A stretch of 33,000 nt of DNA from sequence record LR535912.1; one strand, given 5' to 3'. The notes beneath the pieces were generated by a model, which saw nothing but the letters and a program-made list of their open reading frames with translations, made no database searches and had not been told where the DNA came from. Positions 11,709 through 22,388 of the stretch are shown here, piece after piece; position 1 is the stretch's first letter, and every line of letters begins with the position of its first letter. The position numbers and the translations under genes are program-made.

Positions 11709-12728
11709 AAAGCAAGTAAAGCTGTGGACGCTCCAACTGGCGAAGTGGCGGATAGCTGAAAAACGGAAGCGTATGCGCCACATTTTAAAGCGCTTCAGGA
11801 GAAAGAAAAAGAGATAGCGAAAAATGCCACGGTAAGTGAAGATACTGACCGGTTATGTATCACATCGTTTACCGCGGAAGAGTGGTGCGGTTTGGACGTA
11901 CCGACTTTTGCTAACTTTAAGGACCCGAAAAGAAATCACACGACCTTTATTAACGATGCTTACAGACGGGTATGGTGTTCTGCTCTCGGTAGTGCTATTT
12001 CTGCTATGGCAAAGTCGCAGAATTATCGTAGTCTTGGTATTACACCGTCTGTGGGATGGGAGATTAAAAACTACGAATTCGCGATAGACCGTGAGAATAA
12101 CGTGCTCGTCGTTTATGCCCATCCGTCGGAAATGTGGCAGGAGTTGCCGGAAGACATTCGTAGATTGGTGCAGGTCAGTAACTACAACCAAGATCATGCC
12201 GGTCGCGTTCCACCGCTTCTAACACCTGCGTGGGATAAAGAGAAACTGGATTGGACATTAGACGAGTACGCTCGCTTAAAGAACCTCTATAGCGAATTGA
12301 TGTATTTCGCCTATGCAGTTGTTGGTTGGAATAAGCTAGATGCGTTGGAGAATAGTCTAGAGCTGGGAGGCAATGTTGTTAACGGACTCGCTAAACTGAT
12401 GTGCGACATTACACGCAAACAGCACCACAACTTCCCGCCTGTCGTTACCGCTGGATACGCTAACGGCTGGTCGCCTCTGGTTCAGCAATTGATGGATAGA
12501 CACCATGCACAAACCGATCATGTTACATGGGCGGTGCTCGGGGAAGAGTGGAATGGAGGTAACGCGAACTTCATGGAAATTCTTTGTAGTGTGGCCATTG
12601 TTGAACGGCTGTTATGCAAAGCACCGGCCAATGAAGCACGACATGTCCGTCCTGCGTATTTCTCCATGAGGATGACGAAGCTCGTTTCGTTTTCAGCAGG
12701 GTTGGATTCCACCTGGATAATGTATCAG
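11709..12728 (+). CDS. QueC-like PP-loop (N-type ATP pyrophosphatase) protein (~335 aa)
   Basis: ATG 12672, stop TGA 11757-11759. N-terminal MTKLVSFSAGLDSTWIMYQ (SxGxDS PP-loop) and later PLLTPAWDKEKL; no C-terminal Cys cluster seen. Confidence 0.7.
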
Positions 12729-13088
12729 CATGGTCGACCTGAACGCTAAGTTGATGCGTGAAGAAAAACAGAAACAAAAGTGAGGTAACCTCAAAATGGC
12801 AGTGGGAAGCAACTGGGAAGAAGTGCAGGTGATGGAAAAACCGGGTTAGGACGAAGCGTTAGAGGTCTGCCGTGACACTGCAAAAGAAATCGCGGTACGT
12901 CAAGGAACTGTATTCCTGGAATGCGCTAAAACCTTTAACGGACCACAGAAGACAACCTTTAACGATTTGCCTATGGTTGCCCACGCTGCGGACAAACCAC
13001 TCTTACTCGACCAGGATGTTTACGAACGAATTTCTACGTACGGTGAAACAATGAAGAAAGTTTTAGTTCTGTTAGGCGCACTCGTTGC
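12729..13088 (+). CDS. Putative exported protein (~110 aa)
   Basis: ATG 13051; signal peptide MKKVLVLLGALVAPMVAHA-ADKP (AxA cleavage site). Confidence 0.7.
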
Positions 13089-13568
13089 ATGGGAAGATTG
13101 TTTGCATCCCATCTTTCGATGTTGTGGCAGAAGAAACCCCACGTTATCCGATTGAAGTGATGCGTGCAGGCACCATCATGATTTCTCCACGTATAGAACT
13201 CGATGGATTCGATGGTTACTTTCAACTCCGCGGTGAATTCACACCACACGGCCCACTCAAAGCGTTAGTACGTTGTATTGAACTCGTACGCGTTTGCGGT
13301 TATGTATCGAACGTCTGCTATGGCGTTGACGCGCCTGTGATTAAACCGTGTCAATCGTTCGGGGAAGTAAAGGCCGCCATTGATCGGACCCGTCCCGACG
13401 AAACGATATCGTTAGCATTACGTCGCGGACACGTTTTCTGTGAATTCGCCGTGGCATCCGCGAGTGGACTGATACTGTCTATACCGTGCGACGAATTTAA
13501 AGACTCGGATTAATTATCGAGTGAATAAATGAAACTACAAACCGAGGTTAAGGAAATACCCGCACAAA
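13029..13568 (+). CDS. Prohead-protease-fold-like protein, probably degenerate (~161 aa)
   Basis: ATG 13529. LALRRGHVFCEF...AIDRIRCIELV...LRGEFTPHGPLKALAIEVMRAGTIMISPRIE...SFDVVAE follows the motif order of T4 gp21-type proteases, but the catalytic-looking His and Ser contexts are altered. Confidence 0.45.
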
Positions 13569-13628
13569 AACGCCGATTGAGATAGTGGCGCTATTGACCC
13601 TAGGTTACATGGATTTGATTTTAACCCC

Positions 13629-13868
13629 TGGATGCGTGTCGTAAAGCGGTTGCCATGATACTCAAAGAAGAAAATTAATGGAGAATTTGCACGTTTAGGA
13701 TGTGCATTGACCGTGTGGACCCGAACAGTGACACTTATCCTGATGCGGGTATTTATATCGCAATCAGTACCAGCACTCGTACTGCGGAACGTCGAGAGAC
13801 CGCAACCAGGGGCAACGGGGGATTACTGATGAACTTACGTTGGCCTATCGCCGCGGCGGTGCTGTTTT
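13629..13868 (+). CDS. Small membrane/exported protein (~69 aa)
   Basis: TGATG-coupled ATG 13829. MNLRWPIAAAVLFCIYIAISTS... Confidence 0.55.
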
Positions 13869-14588
13869 AAGAAAGACGAGGTGGTGCTTCCGGTTGACGA
13901 GGTTGCCAGTAAAGTAGCGACTGCGATATATACTCGGAAGTTTGACGTGACCGTTGAACATGTCAAAGAAGTACCAGAGATTGTGAGCCATCTGTCGGAA
14001 GAACAGCAGTTCGTTAGTCGTGCAGATATGGCAAAGTTACTTGTTGGTGCGGAAGAAGACCAACTCATTGAAAACTTCATGCATTCTGGACTACTTGATA
14101 CGTCGTTAGAAGGGAAATATTTCGGTTATGCGTTTGTGGCCGCCCCGAACGAGCGGTACGACTTCAAACTGGCTGATTTCTGCGAACATGCCGAAGAGCT
14201 GGTTAAATCGCTACGTCCTGAACAGGAAGAACTCGACAGCGGTGAGGTTGTGACTGAATCTGCTGTCGCCACGCTTGACGATTATACATTAGTCGGCGGA
14301 TTGTTCGACCAACCGCGCCCATGGCACCTGTGGGTGATGCACCTCACCGCGGGCCGCGGTTTTCACTTTACAGCAAGTCCACGTATTCGTGCTATCGCTA
14401 CAGACATGGAAAACGCACTGAACCGCATCACCTTTATTGGCAGCTCCATTCGCCGCCTCGGCCCGTACCCCCGTAACAAAAAGTATAACCCAAAAGCTGC
14501 TACAGAGCGTACAGCGCACACCATCGCTTCGTAAAGTATTCCACACTGTCTGTAAAAAGGTTTTTAAGTAATGGCTAAGCAAAAGAAA
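13809..14588 (+). CDS. Hypothetical protein (~232 aa)
   Basis: ATG 14571; basic N-terminus MAKQKKPRNKKYNPKA. Confidence 0.7.
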
Positions 14589-15068
14589 GTATAACGCATG
14601 GAAAATAACGTATCGGCATCTGCATACCGAACAAACTCTTCGCGAAATACTCTTGTACCCTGATGAGGATTTCGTCTACGACCTCAGCGAGATCACCCTG
14701 AAGAACACGCTTGTCGCTGAGTTAATGAAAGCGGATATTCCGCCACTGTGGGATTTGTGCATGGCGAGACCGGGGGAATTTCATGTGGTGTTCGTTCTTG
14801 GCATCGGCTTTGAACACAAAGCACATGATCCTGGTGACACGACAATGTGGTCGTGTCACGGACACGGACCGTATTCTAAAAAGAACACGCTCGTAAACGG
14901 TTGGGTTGAGAAAGGCGTACGGGATGCGTGTGAGGTCATTTGTAGTTATTTATACGGCGGCGTGGACCTGGATGTTCTGGGTCGGTTTAAACTACGAACG
15001 TCTAAGGCATTTTTACAGAACACAACCATTAAATGAAGACACCCTTAAGGAGAATTAAAGATGCCAGT
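14529..15068 (+). CDS. Hypothetical protein with a TxWSCHGH motif (~156 aa)
   Basis: TAAGGAG RBS, ATG 15061. ...GVRDACEVICSYPGDTTMWSCHGHGPYSKKNTPGEFHVVF... Confidence 0.7.
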
Positions 15069-15548
15069 AACTATCGACCCGACCCAGATGTGATGGAAAG
15101 TGTGATGGAGCACTGGCTCGCACTCGCAACTTGGCTGCGTCAAGAAGGCAATGCGAATCTCTGTTATCCAAGCTGGACGTTTAGACTCAACCATTTATTA
15201 GAAGGATGGCAGCCGCACGAGTACGGGAAACGTTTTCAGTTAAACTTTCGTACACGTAGACACCACAGCTTAACATTTGTGGCAACCGTGGCGGGTCTTA
15301 AAGACATTCCGAACATCGCAACCGTTTGGGCATTCACGGGAGAAGTTCGCAAAGACGGAGACAAGCTTGATGCTGAAAAACCAGTCGATCTTAAAACGCG
15401 TGCAATCATTAGGGCATTTAGCGAATGGTGTTCAGTCGTCAATGATGCGGAATTGGCCGTGTACAAGCAGCGCACAATCCGGGCGCTGACTTCGGTTAGG
15501 TAGGGTTCTTTTTATTTTTAACCCTCTGGGGGATATACCATGTTTCAA
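15009..15548 (+). CDS. Hypothetical protein (~150 aa)
   Basis: ATG 15540. MFQCSVVNDAELAVYKQRTIRAL... Confidence 0.65.
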
Positions 15549-15608
15549 GCAACCAAGAAAGTCGTCGATAAACGCAAACGCGTTGTCGCTTAAGTAGTCC
15601 CCTACCTA
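15489..15608 (+). terminator. Rho-independent terminator (split)
   Basis: CCCTACCTA|AC-TTCG-GTTAGGTAGGG-TTCTTTTT; a perfect 11-bp stem only after joining 15608 to 15489. Confidence 0.9.
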
Positions 15609-15908
15609 CGTGCCTTGGTAGCCGACACCCCGGTTGATACTATCCCTGCCACTAAGAAGGCAGCGAAAACTTTTAAAGGCTTACCACAGGCGAAGAATCT
15701 GCGCGTCGTACGTGCAGACGGTGTAGAGGCCAAGAAACTGAATCTGCAAGGGTTTCTGTATCAAGGTCTCCGCGCGGGTTTGACCATCGTCAAACGTGCA
15801 GGTACGACTCTGCTGTACGTGGAGAAAGGTTGTGAGAACACTGCAACCTATTTTACTGAACCTAACTGTAAAGAAAGGAAAAAGTAGATGGCTAAACAAT
15901 ACACAATT
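15549..15908 (+). CDS. Small basic Lys/Ala-rich protein (~101 aa)
   Basis: ATG 15888. MAKQYTIVKRAGTTLLYVEKG...PATKKAAKATKKVVDKRKRVVA. Confidence 0.75.
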
Positions 15909-15968
15909 ACACTGATAGTGTGTGCGCTTAGAGATGATGGTCTAACGCACGACTTTTCAGATAGATGT
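15849..15968 (+). promoter_or_regulatory. Putative phage promoter (split by a junction)
   Basis: TTTTCAGATAGATGT (15954-15968) + TAT (15849-15851) rebuilds the 6616 motif. Confidence 0.6.
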
Positions 15969-16328
15969 CACAACCAATGAAAAAGGTACCGCGTATACCC
16001 CAGGACAGCTTCATGTCGAGCCTAAACCTTCTATCTTATTTTCTTGGCAAGACAAAGAAACTAAACAGTGGATGTGGTGTGTTGCTAACGATGAAAACGA
16101 ATTCATGTTATTCCATCCCGAAGTCGATGCGTCTGAAATCCGCGAGGGTACTGTCGGCGTCGCTAACTTCGACCGCATGGAAGAAGGGCAGTATGTCGTG
16201 GTGGACAATGCTATTCATCGTGACCTGCCGAAACGTGAAGTAACTCTTTCTGTCGATGCGGAACCGATCAGTCCACTAACTTATGTGAAACAACCCACGT
16301 AAAGAGGAATTAAGAGAATGTGGTTAAG
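15909..16328 (+). CDS. Hypothetical protein (~105 aa)
   Basis: GAGG RBS, ATG 16318. MWLSAIHRDLPKREVTLSVDAEPITVGVANF... Confidence 0.65.
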
Positions 16329-16868
16329 AAACCAACTGTAAGGTTTGCCTCCTTGCCCACGGGTAAGGAGGTCCCTTTTTATTTACATTGCGAAATTGAA
16401 ACTCGCGCGCTTTATCTGCGCAGCCGTCCTGACAGACGACCGCGAAGAGGCAGATGTCGATTTGGCTGCGCCGGTTGACCCGAATCCGTCTGCAGAGGAG
16501 ACGGCGGCCCTTCTGGCAGGTATCCGTGCAGGCTTCGATGAAGCTGCTGAGAAATACGCGGAAGAGCTGCCGTCTGACGCTCAGAAGATTCTTATCGATG
16601 GTCCTGTGCCAAGCGATGAAGTACAAGACATCACCTCTAACGCAGAACGCATTGGCATGTTGAACGAAATGAACTTTGCCGATGTAGAGACCGGTCAACC
16701 GTTGGACGATGAACACATCAACCGTTTTGAAAAACTGTTGGCACAACTCGTGCGCCATGAGGAAGGGGCCGACGCGAACACACTAATGGCCCGCTACTAC
16801 GAGCTACTGAGGTTAACTATGGATATGATCGAATTAGGTCAGCTCCCTCAGCACGATTTCGATTTAGG
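16329..16868 (+). CDS. Acidic hypothetical protein (~160 aa)
   Basis: GAGG RBS, ATG 16819. MDMIELGQLPQHDFDLGVRHEEGADANTLMARYYELL... Confidence 0.7.
16348..16380 (+). terminator. Rho-independent terminator
   Basis: CCTCCTTGCC-CACG-GGTAAGGAGG-TCCCTTTTT right after the stop at 16339-16341. Confidence 0.75.
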
Positions 16869-17228
16869 TTAATCACCCCTGTTCCGGTAACGGCGTAATT
16901 CGCCATTGTATGACCCTTAAACACCGTTGGCATTAAATCCTACAACGTTATGTACGGTTATCAGTTACGTGAGGTGGAAGGGGAGCTGATGACTCGTGCA
17001 CATAGTCGCGTGTTGGAAAAGCTCGTCGCGAAAGCCAAACAACGCGACCAGTTCCGTGCCGTTATTGACGAACAGCACGTACTCCAAGTTGTTTATTCGA
17101 AAGAAGAGAATCGTACAGTGTCGAAGTCTAAAGAAGTCGTTTACAACGTTGAAGACGGTGATGTAATGCCGAAAGTTATGTGTACGGACGTGCCCTGAAA
17201 ACTACTAATGGAGAAAATAATGCAAATT
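16869..17228 (+). CDS. Hypothetical protein (~92 aa)
   Basis: GGAG RBS, ATG 17220. MQINRTVSKSKEVVYNVEDGDVMQFRAVIDE... Confidence 0.7.
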
Positions 17229-18008
17229 CTTACCACCAATATACTGGGGGACCAGCCGCAATGTGGTTATTAGAAAACGGTTGGCTACTCGGACTGTTGA
17301 TGCATTGTATCCAATCCGAATTACCGGTGGGGGATGAATTAGTTTACAGCTGGGTTATTGGTGGATGGTTTACCGCAGAAGGGGTGGTTACCCTAAGCCG
17401 TGAGGAGTTGATGTCATGGCGGAGCAGCGATAGTTACAAACTGACAGTGCTCTCACATCGTGGACAACGGGTTAGGATGCTTTACGGTACAAGCTCTATC
17501 TACTCAACGCTCGTTATGGGCGGGAGGCATGAGGATTTCTGCGGGGATGTCAGTTCGTTGTTCGATAGTAAGAAAGCGTTCTTGGATTTGGGCTTTTGTT
17601 GTGAAACGATAAACTACCGCAAAATTAATACATCGGTGCCTAGCCACGCAGCGGGGTGTAACTACGCGATGCATTTTACTCGTTCGGAAGGGGACGAATA
17701 TGCTCGCATCAACATGGTTCGTGCTTTAGACGCCCAGTTAACCTCGCTTGCGGATGCTTTACTCCGCTACACAGTTGCGCCCGACGCGATTGTACTCTGT
17801 CTGGACCACGGATACATGTTAGAAGTTACTTCCACGTTACAAGATGAACGTCGTCTTTACTACCGAATCTTTGAAGTTTTCAGTCGGGTTCTGGACCGAA
17901 CGTGGTTGGAAGACCGTAAAGCGTTATCGTTGTTAAATGACATCGATCATCACTACACCCTTGCGTAAGGAGAGAATATGCTGAGAGTTATTGAACGCAC
18001 GGAGAGGA
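17109..18008 (+). CDS. Hypothetical protein (~270 aa), possible degenerate GNAT remnant
   Basis: TAAGGAG RBS, ATG 17978; EGDEYARMGF loosely resembles GNAT motif B. Confidence 0.65.
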
Positions 18009-18848
18009 GTGTTGCGATAGAGCACGAGTTTCCTTCTATCGAAGGGTTAGAGTATCGTGTAATCACGCTAAAACACTACCACGCCATTTTGCATTTGGCG
18101 GGACAGAAAGGTAAGAAGGTCAACATGGTCATTACTGAGCAATTCTGCTGCCAAACTTTTGACCCGATTGCCTACTCGGTAGAGTTTCTGGGGTTGCACG
18201 GTCAGAAACCGTTTTCATTAATGCTTTATAAGGAGTTCCCGAAGAGCAAAGACGCAGGAACGCGTGAGATGCTGGGTGAATTAGCAAATGGTTTTGTCTC
18301 TGCGTTCGTGGAGACATTGTCATTAGAACAAACCCAGGATGTTTGCTATCTAATGCGACCTACGCTAAGCGTGGAGATTACTGTCAGTCCGAAATACGGT
18401 TTTACGTCAGACCCATCGGTTGTCCCGTCGCATGACACCGAACATGCGGCATTGTACCAACGACTGGGGTTCGAAGCTGTAACGAAGCACGAGTGGAAGC
18501 GTTTAACGCGACTCCTGGAAGTGCAGATGCTTGATATCACCTGTTTTCGTCGTTCAGGTATTGTTTACTACATCTACGAGTTGCACGTGCTTTCCGAGCC
18601 CCTGTTCCAAGACGATCATTGGTTAGTGTTGAGCAATAGCGGTCGTGCGCAAATGTATTTTCGTGGATTGACCACCTTGGGGCAACTCCGTGAACGGATT
18701 CAAGATTTGCGACCCGTCGCAGACCAAGAACTATTTAATCTATACGGTATGGACAAAAATGACCTGACCGTAGAGTTTAGTGGTCGATATGCGAATAAAC
18801 GTAAAGCGGTGACAGAGCTAATCGGCACCTTATAAGGTACCAACATGC
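17949..18848 (+). CDS. Hypothetical protein with a degenerate GNAT-like N-terminal domain (~267 aa)
   Basis: ATG 18845. ...YYIYELHVLSEPLFHEWKRLTRLLE...FPHDTEHAALYQRLGFEAV; motif B present, the acetyl-CoA Gly loop absent. Confidence 0.6.
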
Positions 18849-19628
18849 GTGACATCTACTACGGTTTTACCTGGCGTGAAGTTCAGGTGGGTCGATATAT
18901 GTCCGCCGAACAACAAGCTGCCGATGGCAATAAGGTCGTTCTGTCAAACGCAGATACGTTACTCACACCGCAGTATCACAGCAAGGAATTTTCACAAGCT
19001 GACCACCGCGAGTTAGCGAAACTTTTAACTAACGCAGTGATATACGCTGACCCGCCATACATCCCACTTTCGGATACGGCTAAACATGCGGAAACCAACG
19101 TCGAGCTGCTCTGCGCCGACTTCCGCGACATCCTAAATAAGTGCCCATAACATCCGAACGGTGTCTATTTCCCTGAAGAGGAAATTCTGGCGTGGGCAAA
19201 ACGTTGTTATGGTTACAACGGCTTGTGCAGATACAATCAGTCGGGTGGGTTTAACGTGCCCTATGGTCAGACAACCACGGGGAAACCTAATCTCCAGCGC
19301 GCTGCGATGTTCCTGTATCTTACACGTCTCTTTGCAAATGGGCTGGACCGCGGTCTGTACATGAAACGGCGTGAGGAATTTAACAGCGTCGAGTTACTAA
19401 CCATGGCGCGCGATCGTCCGGAAGCGTTGATACTGGAAGCAAAGGCGCCAGTGTTTTTAAACACTAAATACCCGAACTATATTCTCGGCGACACGAACCC
19501 GGACTTAAAGCTTCTACAGGTGCTTCCGGATGCTGAGTATTTCGTTGAACCGTTTGTGGGTGCAGGGTGCTAACGGGTGATAAGACCAATTTTAAAATGG
19601 ATGGGCGGTAAGAGTCGTGTACTGCCCG
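18789..19628 (+). CDS. dam: DNA adenine methyltransferase (Dam, D12 class), ~272 aa
   Basis: GTG 19577. Reordered: MIRPILKWMGGKSRVLPELLQVLPDAEYFVEPFVGAGSVFLNTKYPNYILGDTNPDLIELL...RAAMFLYLTRHGYNGLCRYNQSGGFNVPYG...YFPEEEI...VIYADPPYIPLSDTA...VVLSNADTLLTRDIY...KRKAVTELIGTL; collinear with E. coli Dam. Confidence 0.97.
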
Positions 19629-20648
19629 CGGTGGAGACCAACCCCAGACCAACGATTAATGACATGTTTCAATCTGGCATGAGAGGATGCTGGAAACGCG
19701 TAAAAGGGAACCGCGCCGACCGAGTGCTGAAAGAAGAACCTAGCCTCCTCCTACGTTGCAAACAGGTACTGCGTACACTAACGTTGAAACGCGACCCTGA
19801 GCTTATTAACCAAGTCTATATTGAAACAGCTGCTGATAATAATCCAGCAAATCACCTGTATGGTAACAAACGTGGCATTGGTCGCCGGCTAATGGGTGCG
19901 CTATTCGATTTCGCACAACGTCATTCCGGTTTGGTCGCGCCAGGCGTCGTTGAACTTTCTGGCTTGACGGTTGCACCTACGCATCGTACTAATGTGGAAA
20001 CCGCGATTTGGCGAGACGGGCGTGATATCGTCGGCATTGCCCAAATGCGCGGCCACTATACGCACATTGGTCCGTTAGCAGAAACAGTAATAGCAAGAAT
20101 TCAGCACGAAGACGTTATCCTGAATCTGGTCAGTGGTGCAATTTGCGAAGAGCTAGAGTACGATGTGCCTGCATCGGAAATCAAGATTATTTCTGGTGAC
20201 GCATACGCAGAACTTTCCAAGGACGACAGGTTTGTTCTTTCAGATATCGTCTGGGCATGTCATTCTAAACTGTTTGATAAAGTAATAATCGAATATATGT
20301 CGTGCCCGGCACCTACTGGCGATGTTGAACAAAAACTGGTCGAAAAAGAGTTTGTACCTGGGGCATTCGATAAAGTTGGTTTAGCCCTTGTGCTCGACCA
20401 CACAGGCTGTTATTTAGTGGCCACCTATCGACACGGTGACCCTACACTAACCTGTCACTATTTTGAGGAGTTTCTAAAGGACGAGACTTATTCTGTTTAC
20501 GTGGTACGGAATAAAGAAACCTGGGAGGGCTCTGCCGAGTTCCAAAATAACGTCGGTACCGATACTGTACGAGCACGCCGCCTAAAAGCATTACCTTTTG
20601 AGGGCATTACAATGAAAACTGTGGCTAAATTGTTCCGCAGCAGCATTC
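19569..20648 (+). CDS. Protein with a C-terminal GNAT acetyltransferase domain (~333 aa)
   Basis: ATG 20612. ELSGLTVAPTHRKRGIGRRLMGALFDFAQRHSDQVYIETAADNNPANHLY (motifs A and B). Confidence 0.85.
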
Positions 20649-20768
20649 AGGGGTCTTCGGACCCCTTAATTTTTTGTCTTTTTACGCGTTATCCTCATGT
20701 TGTGACAGAGTGTCAAACATTCTGAAACTTGGACGACGCTTGTCTCCAAACCTGAACTGTAATCATTA
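20649..20768 (+). terminator. Rho-independent terminator (split)
   Basis: ATTA|AGGGGTC-TTCG-GACCCCTTAAT-TTTTT; 11-bp stem after reordering. Confidence 0.85.
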
Positions 20769-21428
20769 AACGAAGTGCAGAAGCATATGGACAAATTTGC
20801 GTTCATGGTGAATCGCTTGGCGCACGTCAACCACGGTTATATCGTGCTGACCAAAGACGGTAAAGTTATCGCTGGTAATCTGACTGATCCGACGCTGGTG
20901 AAACTGTACCCAGTTACGATTGACGTGGCGTTTACTACTGTAGACAACGATAAAGCCGACCTTTGTGGTCAGCTTGCGGGTATGGCGGATCGTGTTGGTC
21001 ATATTCTGACGCAAATCGAAAACATCTATCCGGTGTTTGCAGTAGCGATGTTGCGTTTGTTCATGCAGCATCTGAACAACATGGTGCTAACCCGTGGTGA
21101 TGAAGTTATCGGTCTGTCTCGTTACGACCAGGAAATCGTTGCGGTTAACCTTGGTAGCGACGTACGCTTTACCATCTATAAAGGCGCGCCGATCAGCGAG
21201 CGTCTGAAAACAATTCACATCGAGCGCGAATATCCGATTGACCTTGGTAAAACGCGTACTACCGAATCTCCACGCTCACCTACCATTCCTAAACCGGATG
21301 TAATTGTAGCGAAGGCCCCTAAAACTGTAGCAAAAGATTCAATGGCAAGCAACGCGATTAAAGCCACAACGACTTTCCAGAAGCAGCTTTCTGGGATAAC
21401 TAGTATAACCCTTAAGGAGTATATCATG
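20709..21428 (+). CDS. Hypothetical protein (~218 aa)
   Basis: TAAGGAG RBS, ATG 21426. MAKAPKTVAKDSMASNAIKATKTRTTESPRSPTIPKPDVIV... Confidence 0.7.
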
Positions 21429-21788
21429 ACTGCGTGTCTTTACCGACACATTTAAACCGTGTAGAGAATGACCGTCGGGCATTTGAACAGTGGAAATGGC
21501 ACGACTTTGACCCCAGTCAAGGGGATAAAGAACTTTGTATCTGTAATACAGCTGAAGAAGTGGTCTGCGACGATTGCAAAGGTACCTTCCCGAAACGGGA
21601 TACTGTTGGGGGCCGCGAAACGTATTACATGTGCGAGAACTGCTGGGAAAAACTGCAGGCTGAAATTGGATGTAAACATCTTAAAGTGGGGTCTATAGCT
21701 CCACGTTATACGGCAGAGTGCGACCCATTTCGAATGAACTGGTATGTGAGCGGTATCACCCGTCGTGTAATGACGGAAGAGGATGATC
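21369..21788 (+). CDS. Cys-rich putative zinc-binding protein (~129 aa)
   Basis: ATG 21734; contains CKH...ECD, CENC, CDDC and CICNNC clusters. Confidence 0.65.
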
Positions 21789-22208
21789 GGCACGTAAACC
21801 TTCTGCAGTGATGTAAATTAAGGAGCATTTATGAACATAGATGAGGGCCTGCATCGACTACATGAATAACTGTCCTATCCGGGTACGAGAAACAGGACTT
21901 AAAGTCATTTACGAAATCGTTTACCGTTCCATCAACGGCAAATGCCGCCATAGCTTCAAAATTGAATCACGCGAGAAAGCTGTGACTATCGAAACTCTGA
22001 TGCGTGTTGCCGATACACTGCGCCTGAAGAAAGACATTGCATTGTTGGTAGGCTGCTCACCGTCACAAATCTCTGCGATTAAAAATGAAGCATTTCTGGT
22101 TCGTCTCTCTTACATTATTACCCGTGTCACTGCGAAGGATGTTACGCAATTAATCTAAAGGAGTATTCTAATGCGTTTTAAACATCAAACCGTTGTGTTG
22201 GCAAAGAA
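21789..22208 (+). CDS. XRE/Cro-CI family helix-turn-helix regulator (~121 aa)
   Basis: AAGGAG RBS, ATG 22171. VTQKDIALLVGCSPSQISAIKNEREKAVTIETLMRVADTLRL. Confidence 0.85.
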
Positions 22209-22215
22209 CACTAAA

Positions 22216-22232
22216 TTTCAGATATATATTAC
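22216..22232 (+). promoter_or_regulatory. Putative phage early promoter (TTTCAGATATATATTAC)
   Basis: Identical core to 2626; followed by a GAGAGTT...AACTCTC leader hairpin. Confidence 0.7.
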
Positions 22233-22268
22233 CTTAGTGAGAGTTGTCGTTAAACTCTCTAATCGACT

Positions 22269-22388
22269 GGTAAGAGGGCATTGTCTTTTTTACAGATCAG
22301 AACAGTCCTATGCTTTTTGCTTCCAGTCACAGGCCGCCCGTATCGTTGAACGTATTCTGGCAGGTTAGTTGTACCCCTCTTACCTTCG
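22269..22388 (+). terminator. Rho-independent terminator (split)
   Basis: CCCTCTTACC-TTCG|GGTAAGAGGG-CATTGTCTTTTTT after the tmk stop. Confidence 0.9.

Noticed and set aside
14701-14891. Direct repeat AAGAACACGCT as a possible pointer or att site
   Set aside because: Only the first 8 nt lie inside the true blocks; the rest is junction coincidence.
18845-20725. dam broken into three ORFs (pseudogene) and an apparent Dam-GNAT fusion (19577..20725)
   Set aside because: Both are junction artefacts; reordering gives an intact dam and a separate upstream GNAT gene.
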